Below are positions 56,301 through 64,000 of a stretch of 64,000 nucleotides of DNA, in pieces. The notes under the pieces were generated by a model that saw nothing but the letters and a program-made list of their open reading frames with translations, did no database searches and had not been told where the DNA came from. Source of the stretch: Diplonema japonicum (taxonomy: Eukaryota; Protista; Euglenozoa: Diplonemea); contig OZ025721.1 in NCBI GenBank assembly GCA_964019335.1, positions 372,001-436,000 on the forward strand. Reading direction: 5' to 3'. The first letter of the stretch is position 1. Every line of letters begins with the position of its first letter. A program made the translations under genes and the position numbers.

Positions 56301-57272
56301 CAAACCGCGGAGTTGGAAAAACTACGATACGTGCTAACGTTCAAGTTCAACGAGCTCCGAAAAGAAGTAATACCGAAGGAAGACAGCATCAGGGCTATGA
56401 ACGAAAGAATCGAACAAATGGACAACGAGCTGGAACGAATAGGCACCGACAGGGACACGATCCAACAACTGCTACACGCTAAGGATGAAAAAAGCCTCGT
56501 TTTGATGAAAGACATCGGCAAGCAGCAGAGAGTAATGGACGATCAACGCAGGCTGGTCCAACTTGTGTTAAAGGACATTGCGATCCTGCTAGGCGAGAGC
56601 GACCAGAAGAAGGTTCTACTCCGTCTTCGAGAGATCCTTGACAAATATGATGATAAGACGAGCCAGACCGAGCCGTTGGGCGGGCAGAAAATGATAGAAT
56701 TCGATCGCCAACGATTTTACATGGAAGCTCAGCTCACTGCAAGCAAAAAGCAAAACATGCGACGGGAAAGCTACATGAAACAAGAAGGCTACAAAAAAAC
56801 AGGCGAAAACTCCCTCCTCGTGCGGGAAATCAATGATCTCCGCCACGAGAAAAAATCATTAGTTCAACGCGTGCAAGTAGCTGACACACAACTCAAAGAA
56901 ACCAGAGCACAGCTTACCCAGAGAGTCTCTCTGACGCCCATTCAAGGTGCTCCAGCCAAGATCAAACTTCAGGAGAGTAAAAAGGAGAGTACCTCGAGCC
57001 CAGCTACCCCTACGTTCCTTGAGGAGAACAGCACACACAGACGCCTTCAAAGCCCCCCCTGTGGGAAAGTCCACAAGGGGTCCACCCGCCCCCTCCGAGA
57101 TCTCGCCATCATGGACCCTGCAAAGGTCGCCCAGATCATTAAACAGGTGGAGCAGAACAACAAGGAGATGCTCCAGCAACAGAACGAGATACAACGCTTG
57201 AGGGACTTCGTGCAGCATCTCTTGAAGAAGCTTCAGGCGAACTCCGAAGACGGCCATGGCGAGGAACCGTGA
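53370..57272 (+). CDS. CFAP57: CFAP57/WDR65 (WD40 plus long coiled coil), intronless
   Basis: FHHGTVTAIDVCVQKSIIVTASVDRHVRIWN, CREVRFSHGGQYFAA, LKKQTAELEKLRYVL, ENSLLVREINDLR. Confidence 0.92.
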   Translation: MPEDVPQPPSDDSLVKGDFEKRKGESHRPIHALGYRKPRPGTYKCIEHTSDDSIVYLVGKQVAIYSYETHVHRFMPCSPKTVELVAFAVSYNKRYLALSERVIDEKTKELGIQINVFNFGTVSRIRTLSLSYLSKQPVEALDFSRDNKYLATVTAQPGSFIYLWQLDKARLLGMCEAHVKISQVSISPWAHWTICTTGPSSLRLWRYQDKQLRSMEPIPKKNEWNFTCHVWFDDDRLAVGTIQGDVLIIDNCELKRVIPSVLAQADSAVPLNAMYSIGRGLVCGGDGGHFALYERTYDVEYFQSYKRFVTPHAQTIVDISVAPNEETLICCHSDNELSNFSLSNIDIVDHEKQDDIAQAFKILPAGFHHGTVTAIDVCVQKSIIVTASVDRHVRIWNFAKKRLEVRKQYPEEALCISCHPTGTRLLIGFKYKMCMYSILFDNLHMCQEFPIKQCREVRFSHGGQYFAAVVVNRIFIFSAYTFDPIGHLTGHSGMVKSFCWSKNDQSIISAGFEGAIYEWRIEQCKRNEFCEYASKAISFSAVAYDDQAQLVVAVGSHKIAEGGIPEGETSLRVLKLGEAQDQAPPKATANLGRVTAKHTHNRAQTGEVAISPSAQCLFVGTSSGELQVFSWPMKPGVGSPQYTIDLHTGEVLFVQLSVDERFLFTVGDDGCLFMFDVDLLLEGKVPPRRTFNYSIFDDIALVMLQDIDEKSREVSVLQATLLDEQRSRKQEIETEMHKHTELIKKIRKESERAVADIRRQKDEALEILDETQIKMAGEAHAVEQQRMRDIQEVETLHARQDKEQTAKYDMLLEEKNDAIVRYENKLHKLHREQELERAKHTQEVQALQGKLEKDRETFLRLTAEKVKEAAAILQDTEQEHEEEISIKEKDIALTIEAREKEKSKWQADVDGLRKRQNKHDSHIKELEREAQERKEKLRKKDTKIAELEKAIQALRLEINVRNDTISASEKKILELKKQTAELEKLRYVLTFKFNELRKEVIPKEDSIRAMNERIEQMDNELERIGTDRDTIQQLLHAKDEKSLVLMKDIGKQQRVMDDQRRLVQLVLKDIAILLGESDQKKVLLRLREILDKYDDKTSQTEPLGGQKMIEFDRQRFYMEAQLTASKKQNMRRESYMKQEGYKKTGENSLLVREINDLRHEKKSLVQRVQVADTQLKETRAQLTQRVSLTPIQGAPAKIKLQESKKESTSSPATPTFLEENSTHRRLQSPPCGKVHKGSTRPLRDLAIMDPAKVAQIIKQVEQNNKEMLQQQNEIQRLRDFVQHLLKKLQANSEDGHGEEP

Positions 57273-57283
57273 GAAACAAAAAG

Positions 57284-57314
<31 letters not shown>

Positions 57315-57464
57315 TTCCAGTTTTTACTCTATTTTTTTTATTTTTTTTTTATTAAGGCGATCTGTCACATACTGCAGGTTCCCTTAAAGGTCATCTTTAT
57401 TTTTTTTTTTTTCGACACAACAAAAAAAAGGCAATCGTGACCCCCCCCCCTCCCCCCCCCCTCC

Positions 57465-58892
57465 ATGTTGAAATGGCTCAGCAATTCACGACCAAGGACA
57501 ATCAGCGACGCTGGGAGTAGCGTCAGCAGCGGGGGGATATCGACAAGTGGCACCACAGTGGGAGGCCCTCCGTGGGACCATGCGGGTTACGTGGTGTTGA
57601 AGGGGAAGAAAGTGTGGCTCGAACTGTACGGCCAGAAACTGGCCGTGTGCAAGGAACCCGACGGCAAACCCCGCGAGGTCATGAACCTGGCAAAAGCCGT
57701 AATAACGGAAGAGAAAAACCAAAAGGGAATGCACCTCTGCGGCGTCGGCTTCTTCAGCAAGAAGATAACCTGCGATGACGAAGAACCCGTAAAAATGTGG
57801 CTCCACCAGTTCCAGCTAAACGGCATCGTTGTTAAGCGACGGAAAAACACCCCATCTGACGAGACGGAAAACATCTCATTCGACTGGGTCATGATCGAAA
57901 AAGAACTGATACCCAACAAAACCGCCACCTCCTCGATGGCTGACTACCAAATCCTTGATCCAATCGGTACCGGGGGTTTCGGGAAGGTAATGAAGGTCTC
58001 TGACAGGAAAACAAACAATCTCTACGCCATGAAAATAATACAAAAGGAACACGCTACCACTATAGAAAAAGCGGTACTCCAAAGCATCAGACATCCCTTC
58101 ATAGTGGGGCTCCATTCAGTTTTTGAAACTCGGACGAAACTATGCCTGGTAATGGACCTCCTCGAAGGCGGTGAGCTGTTTCACCACATAAAATCCGGTG
58201 CCGGATTTCCAGAGCATCGAGCAAGATTCTACGCAGCCGAACTCGCGCTCGCGCTGACGTTTCTACACGGAGAGGGCTTCATCTATAGAGATCTGAAACC
58301 GGAAAATTGTCTCCTTGACAGCACCGGCCACGTTGTTCTAGCAGACTTCGGCCTCGCGAAAAAAATCGACCCGTACTCAACAACGTCAACATTTTGCGGA
58401 ACACCAGCTTACATCGCTCCTGAGGTTCTTCAAGGGAAAGGATGTACTAAGGCCGTTGACTGGTGGGGCTGGGGTTGCTTGTTGTACATATTACTAACGG
58501 GTTCTCCTTTATTCTCCGGAACACATAACACTCGTGTGTATGATGCGATTTTGAATTCTGAGCCGCGGTACCCTGTGGAGGTGTCAGGTGTTGCAAAGGA
58601 TTTGCTTTCATCGGTTCTTGAGAAGGAGCCTCAGAAACGACTTTCTGACGGATGCGTGGTCAAGAAACATCCTTTTTTCGCGGAGATTGAGTGGACCGAT
58701 TTGTTCCACAAGCGAACCCCGCCTCCAAGCTACGATTCAGCTGTGTCGGCATCCGCCTTGCAGCCGGATTCGTCGTCCGCCGATCTGTTCTTCACGGAGT
58801 TCTCAGGGAAGTTTTCCTCGCCGATCCTTCACCCCAACACCTCGGAAGAGGCTTGCAGCCCCATGGCCGGGGATTTTAGGAGCGAGTTTTGA
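57465..58892 (+). CDS. PH-domain AGC kinase (PKB/RAC-like)
   Basis: N-terminal PH-like region, IGTGGFGKV, YRDLKPEN, DFG, TFCGTPAYIAPE, FTEFS hydrophobic-motif-like tail. Confidence 0.9.
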   Translation: MLKWLSNSRPRTISDAGSSVSSGGISTSGTTVGGPPWDHAGYVVLKGKKVWLELYGQKLAVCKEPDGKPREVMNLAKAVITEEKNQKGMHLCGVGFFSKKITCDDEEPVKMWLHQFQLNGIVVKRRKNTPSDETENISFDWVMIEKELIPNKTATSSMADYQILDPIGTGGFGKVMKVSDRKTNNLYAMKIIQKEHATTIEKAVLQSIRHPFIVGLHSVFETRTKLCLVMDLLEGGELFHHIKSGAGFPEHRARFYAAELALALTFLHGEGFIYRDLKPENCLLDSTGHVVLADFGLAKKIDPYSTTSTFCGTPAYIAPEVLQGKGCTKAVDWWGWGCLLYILLTGSPLFSGTHNTRVYDAILNSEPRYPVEVSGVAKDLLSSVLEKEPQKRLSDGCVVKKHPFFAEIEWTDLFHKRTPPPSYDSAVSASALQPDSSSADLFFTEFSGKFSSPILHPNTSEEACSPMAGDFRSEF

Positions 58893-58940
58893 AGATGGAA
58901 AAAAGAAAAGAAAAAAAAAAAAAAAAAAAGAAAATAGAAG

Positions 58941-58974
<34 letters not shown>

Positions 58975-59245
58975 CTCCTTCCCCCCTCAGTATTTGCTGA
59001 AGGTTGAAAATAAAGAAACTTTTTTTTTTTCTTTTTTAATCCCGGTTCATGAGACTCTACTGGAGCTCCAAAAAAAAAAAGAAGAAGAAACAGAAAAAAA
59101 AAAAAAAAAAAAGAGTGTCCTATCCAAGGAGATTTTGCTTCCTTTTTTTTATTTCTTTTTTTCTTCCTCTTATATCACATTGCCTGTCCTTTTTTTTTTT
59201 ATGGGTTAAGAACTAAAGCCAGGTTCACCCCCCCCCCCCCTGGGT

Positions 59246-60275
59246 CTATGCTGGCATGGAAACGCGTTTCCATGCATTTTTTGAAAAAAAGGGAAACGGA
59301 AACGGAAACGGCCGTTTCCTTGGGGCAGAAACGTTTCCTTATTTTGGGGGTTTTAGAGACTTATTTTTTTGGGGGCAAATCACTCGGAAGAAATATACGA
59401 GACAAAGGGGGCAAGTGTTGGTGGCGCCCTGGGGTTTCGATGAAGGATGCGATTGTGGCATCCATTTTTTGAACAGCGTCGTCAACCAGCCTTCCGCTCA
59501 GAGCTTTCCTGTCCGGTAGCTCGTACGTGGCCCCGAGCGGAAGGCGCTTCACCTTCTCAAACAGTGCCTTGAATGTTCTGTGAACAGAAAATATGAGAGG
59601 ACACGAAACAGATAAACATCATACCGATGTTCGACCCTCAAAAATGGGGTCCCAGTTTCGAGAAAGAAATCCTAGTGGGTGCGGCCTTAGCAAGTCGAAA
59701 AGGAAGTGGAATTTTAAAAAAACGGCCCGTCCACGTCGTCTGGCGTGCTTGTAGCAGTTAAAAATGGCGTCATTGGCCTGTTCTCCACTTTACGCTTCTT
59801 CGTTCCCTCTGCCTCAGCCTTCGCCTCCGCTGTCGCTTTCTCCAACAGCTTCTTGTGGGGCTCCACACTATCCCCTTTGGGGACACACGTCGCTACTCCT
59901 TGGCCTTTTGTTTGGAACATGTGGGCGCGGAGTCTGCTGGTTGACGCTACTGTGAAGACCATATCACAGAAGCGACATTTTACTGTCTTCTTCTTCCGCC
60001 TGAACCCCCACCCCACCCCACAAAGCGCCTTTCGGGGGTGCTTTCTCTGGACCATGTTTACTTTCGTTTTTGTAGAGACCGACGTGCGCTTTCCTTGTAA
60101 AACCCCAAAAGTTTACTTAAGTATCTTCAAAAACCCCAAATAAATAAGGACCTTCTAAACAGTGTTTACCGAAATATACATAGCCGTTTCCATAACCATG
60201 GAAACGCGTTTCCATGAGAATTTTAAAAACATGGAAACGGAAACGGAAACGTTTCCACGTTTCCTGCCAGCATAG
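59246..60275 (-). mobile_element. Internally deleted hAT transposon
   Basis: TIR CTATGCTGGCA. Perfect 8-bp TSD CCCTGGGT (59238-59245, 60276-60283). Subterminal GGAAAC repeats. Minus-strand BED finger CRFC..SRLRAHM..C and DFFLETGTPFLRVEHRTFKAL..YELPDRKALSGRLV after splicing out 59578-59624. Confidence 0.92.
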
Positions 60276-61763
60276 CCCTGGGTCGGGGAAAAAAAAAAGA
60301 AAATATTTTTTTTTTTAGAGATAAATTGTGTGATTGTCGTCCGAAAGAGGAGGGTTTCCCCCTGTCTGCTCCATCTTTGGCAACTACACGAATAAAAGGA
60401 AGCAATGGGAGGGGAAAAAAAAGAAAAAAAAAAAACGAAGAAGAAGAAAAAAAAAGGACCAATTGTTACCACTTCCCTCCAGTTTTTTTTTACTTCTTAT
60501 CAAAAGCTTCTCAAGGGCCTAGATGAGAGTCGAAAACAGGAGAAGAAAAAAAAAAAAAAAAGAAGAAAAGAAAGAATAAGAAAAAAATTCGATAAAAAAA
60601 AAAGATAGAGAAGCTTCTGTGTACGACCGGCAAACAGGTAAAGAATTAATTTTTTTTTTCTTCTTCTTTCTTATATATTCGTGCGACAACCACAGCAAAA
60701 CACAACAAGAGAAAATAGAAACTTCACTCTTCCCCCAAAGTGAAAGTTTCGGGGGAGGGGGGGATAGTTTTATTCAGATATTGTTAGAAGTAAAGAAGAA
60801 AGAGAGAAGGCAGCGTACTGATGCGAGACAAAAAATGTTTCAAAATTCATTTCATTTTCTTTTTCTTAGATGGTATTCTTGTTTTTTTTTTTTTTTTTTT
60901 TTTTTTTTCAAAAATATTTACAACAAAAAAGAAAAGAAACTCAATACGCACCGACAGCACAGACGAAATGTGCTGTTCAGGAGGAGAGGAATATTTAGAT
61001 TTTTTTTTTGTTTTGTTTTTTTGTTTTCTATATATACCAAACATACTCTCCTTTGATGTGTATGAAAAAAAAAGAAAAAAAAAAAAAAATCCATTTAGAG
61101 AAAAAAAAAAAGAAGAAAGAAAAAGAAAAAAAATAAGACCGTCTTGTCTCACTTCTCCAATTCCTCATTTTTTTTTTTTTTTTTTTTTTGCTAAGTTACG
61201 GTATGTGTTACTTTCCTCTCCCCCCACCCCGAGAGAAGCTACAAACAGGCAAAGAAAAGCAAGAAAAAAAAAAAAGAAACCTTTAGGCACACAAACCTGA
61301 AGTTTAAAAAAAAAAACTTTTCTTTTTACATTACTGCGAGGTGAAAAAGGTTTCGGGCCGAAAAAGTCTGGGCGGAAAAAAAGAAAAAAAAAATAGCCAA
61401 TTTGTCAGCCAACCAAACCTTTTCGTTTAGTTTGGTAGTTTTTTGTGTGTTTATATAGGGAAGAAAAAAAAAAGAAAAAAAAAGAGAGAGAAGAGCAAGA
61501 AATGAATTTTTTCTCCCTTCTCTTATCGTACTTCATTGGGATTTATGCGAAAGATCCCCCCCCCCCCCCCCCCCCCCTCTGGTTCTCGCTGGGGAGGTTG
61601 GAAGTGCAGCACCTCTTTTTTCTTTTTTTTTTTCTCTTTTTTTTTTTATTCGATTCTATTGTATAAAAAAAAAAAGATCTTTTTTTTCTTCTTTTTGTTC
61701 TCTCTTTTCTCTGGCTGCTGTTATTCTCTTACCTTGCTTGTATCTCCTTCCCTATTTTTTTTT

Positions 61764-61800
<37 letters not shown>

Positions 61801-62008
61801 CCTGTAGTCACCACTCCCCCTCCTTCCCTTAAACAAGGGGAATAAAAAGAGGAACAAAAAAAGTGCATGAACTTATCTCGAATTTGTAGGCCCACGCTAG
61901 CTTGCAGGTGAGCTCTAGCAGAGTGAATCAGGCATAGTTACCTTTGCACTTGCCCGTCTTTAAACCGGGACGAAATATTTTAGAGATATTGGGATGTTAT
62001 ACTTTATT

Positions 62009-62040
<32 letters not shown>

Positions 62041-62717
62041 CACACACACACCAAAAAGAAAAAAAGTACCTCCTTTACATGCAAAAAAACAATTTTCCTT
62101 TTTCTCTTCAAAAAGGGGGTGGGTGGTTTTGGTCTCTTTTTAAAACAAACACAACAACAACAACAACAACAAAAAATGGGAAAGGGTTCAAGATTTAGGG
62201 GTTGCACAATTTTAGCGTCTGTTGATCGACTGGGTAACAAAGATGACAAAAAAGTTTTTTGTTTCTTTTTTCTTTTTTATATAAATGGCCACGTCATCCA
62301 GAGCAAAAAAAATCCCTTATTTTTTTTTTTTTTCTCCTGAAATTCCTCATTATCAATACACTATGCCTTCCTAGCTGCCCCAAGAATAATCCTTGACTTT
62401 CGAGATCGGAGGGATAGGGGAAGGGGAAAAAAAAGAAAACAAGAAAAAATGTAAGGGACCTTTATGTTTTTTTTTCCAGGGAGGGGGAAAAAACACAGCG
62501 CGCAGAACCGAAAGAAGAGGAGGGGAAATAAAAATTTGTTTATTGTTAATAGCACAGGGTTGTAGGGATGAAAGAAATCCTCTTTTTTTTTTTTTTTTTA
62601 GACGGCTGTTTTTTTGCGAGGGGGAGTTTTTTTTTGTTCCCCTAAAAAGAAAGAAGAAAAGTAAGAACAAAAGGGAATGAAAAAAAAAGGAGGGGCGTGG
62701 GGAAGAAAAAAAAAAAA

Positions 62718-62748
<31 letters not shown>

Positions 62749-62975
62749 AAAAACTAGTGCTCTTCCATCCGGTGCTTCCTCTGTCACGTTTTGCTTTTTA
62801 AAAATAAATAAAAATGAAAAAGAATCCTCTCTTGCTGTCCCCCCCCCCCCCCCTTTCCCCCTTTTTATTTCTCTTCCATATATCTCAATTGTGTTTTTTT
62901 TTTTTTTTCTCTTTTTTTTTTCTCCCTATTTTTTTTTTATATAAAAGGGGGGCGGGGGGAGAGGGAGAAGAAAAA

Positions 62976-63559
62976 ATGGGTGCATGTGTGAACAAAGAGC
63001 AGGTGTCCCAGTCAGATGCAAGAGGGGCCCATCAGCAACAGGTGGTCAATAGTCAAATGCAGCAGGTTCAGGTACAGGTTCAGATGCAAGTTCAGCAACG
63101 GCACCACATGCAACAACCACAACCACAACCACAACCACAACAGCCTAGAATAGTGGCCCCAGAAGTAGTGACAGCCAGGACAATAGTGAATTACACACAT
63201 TTGTTGAAGGATAGCCTTGTGCTGCGGAAGGCGGAAGCTTCTGGGTCATTCCACCTAGCCTTCTTGGTGGACGCGACTGTTTCCTGCATTGCAAGCATAT
63301 TCTTTAACTGTGAGGAGCTGGGCAGTGTTTCCGGGAACATTTCTTTCAAACCGTTGTCCTCCACAACTCAGCTGCAGCCTCTGCGGCCGAAAAAAATGGG
63401 GGACGGGTCTTCAATCGAGGTAACTGGGGGGGGGAAAAAAAAGGAAAAAAAAAAAAAAAAAAAAAAAACAGTACACAACCGAGCAACCCATCGACTTTAC
63501 CAACCTCTCACCGAATATCAACAACAAGATAAATCAGGTGTGGTGTAAGAACACAAATA

Positions 63560-63590
<31 letters not shown>

Positions 63591-63696
63591 GTGGCCGCTA
63601 GTTATTCAACTTGAAAGTACCCCTCAAGGAGGTAAACCTCAGTACCAATACACGTACACAAAGGTGAAGATAGAAACTGAAGTATGATTTTACGGG

Positions 63697-63729
<33 letters not shown>

Positions 63730-64000
63730 AGAGCATCGAAGTAGGCATGCAAAAACTGCAGGTGGGTAATGAGGTTTTTGAAGTCGAAGATATCTACGGT
63801 GCCAACATCGACGAGGGTGGGCAAGTAGAGGGGACGGCTCTCAGTGCGGTACAAGATGAAGGGTGTACCTGTGTGATCTGTCTTGAAGGAGAGCGGGAAG
63901 TCCTCATCATGCCGTGCAGGCATAAATGTTTGTGTGCATCATGTGCTGCAGACCTGCGTAGGGAAACCAACAAGTGCCCAATGTGCCGTCGAGGGATAGA
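62976..64000 (+). CDS. MGRN1/RNF157/LOG2-like RING E3 ligase, 3'-partial (introns 63420-63471, 63538-63591, 63682-63731)
   Basis: MGAC myristoylation start, LAFLVDATVSC, WPLVIQLE, MQKLQVGNEVFEVEDIYG, CVICLE..MPCRHKCLCASCA..KCPMCR. Confidence 0.9.

Noticed and set aside
6632-57272. Functional flagellar gene cluster
   Set aside because: BBS5, CFAP52, CFAP57 and the SHIPPO protein are interspersed with unrelated genes, and such genes are common in flagellate genomes. Enrichment cannot be shown from one window.
61867-61911. SECIS element (ATGA..AA..GA spacing)
   Set aside because: Helix II pairing is poor, and no in-frame UGA selenoprotein candidate lies upstream.
7538-63731. Non-canonical (non GT-AG) introns or programmed frameshifts at A runs in host genes
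   Set aside because: Every frame break I examined is resolved by a GT-AG intron.

Overview
Eukaryotic nuclear DNA from a flagellated protist. A euglenozoan (probably diplonemid-like) host is inferred, not proven. About 26 host genes all lie on the + strand, separated by spacers built mostly of A/T/G/C homopolymers. Recognisable products: kinesin-1, PTEN, BBS5, CFAP52-like, CFAP57, EngB-like GTPase, FabG-like SDR, EEF1AKMT1-like methyltransferase, AAAP transporter, PH-AGC kinase, MGRN1/LOG2-like RING ligase, a switch-less kinesin-14 and an F-box/pseudo-GBP fusion. I reconstructed 24 GT-AG introns by hand. 22 are 31-67 nt (BBS5: 94 and 312 nt), many have poly(A) instead of a polypyrimidine tract, and they cluster near gene 3' ends. 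Mobile DNA: a near-intact APE-RT LINE with a 2A-like peptide at the ORF1/ORF2 junction; sense-oriented retroposon relics that end in a stem-loop and abut T tracts instead of poly(A); a deleted MULE; a deleted hAT with an 8-bp TSD; MITEs; and a decayed Crypton-type tyrosine-recombinase element interrupted by a 28S rRNA fragment. All calls come from manual motif recognition; no database searches were run.
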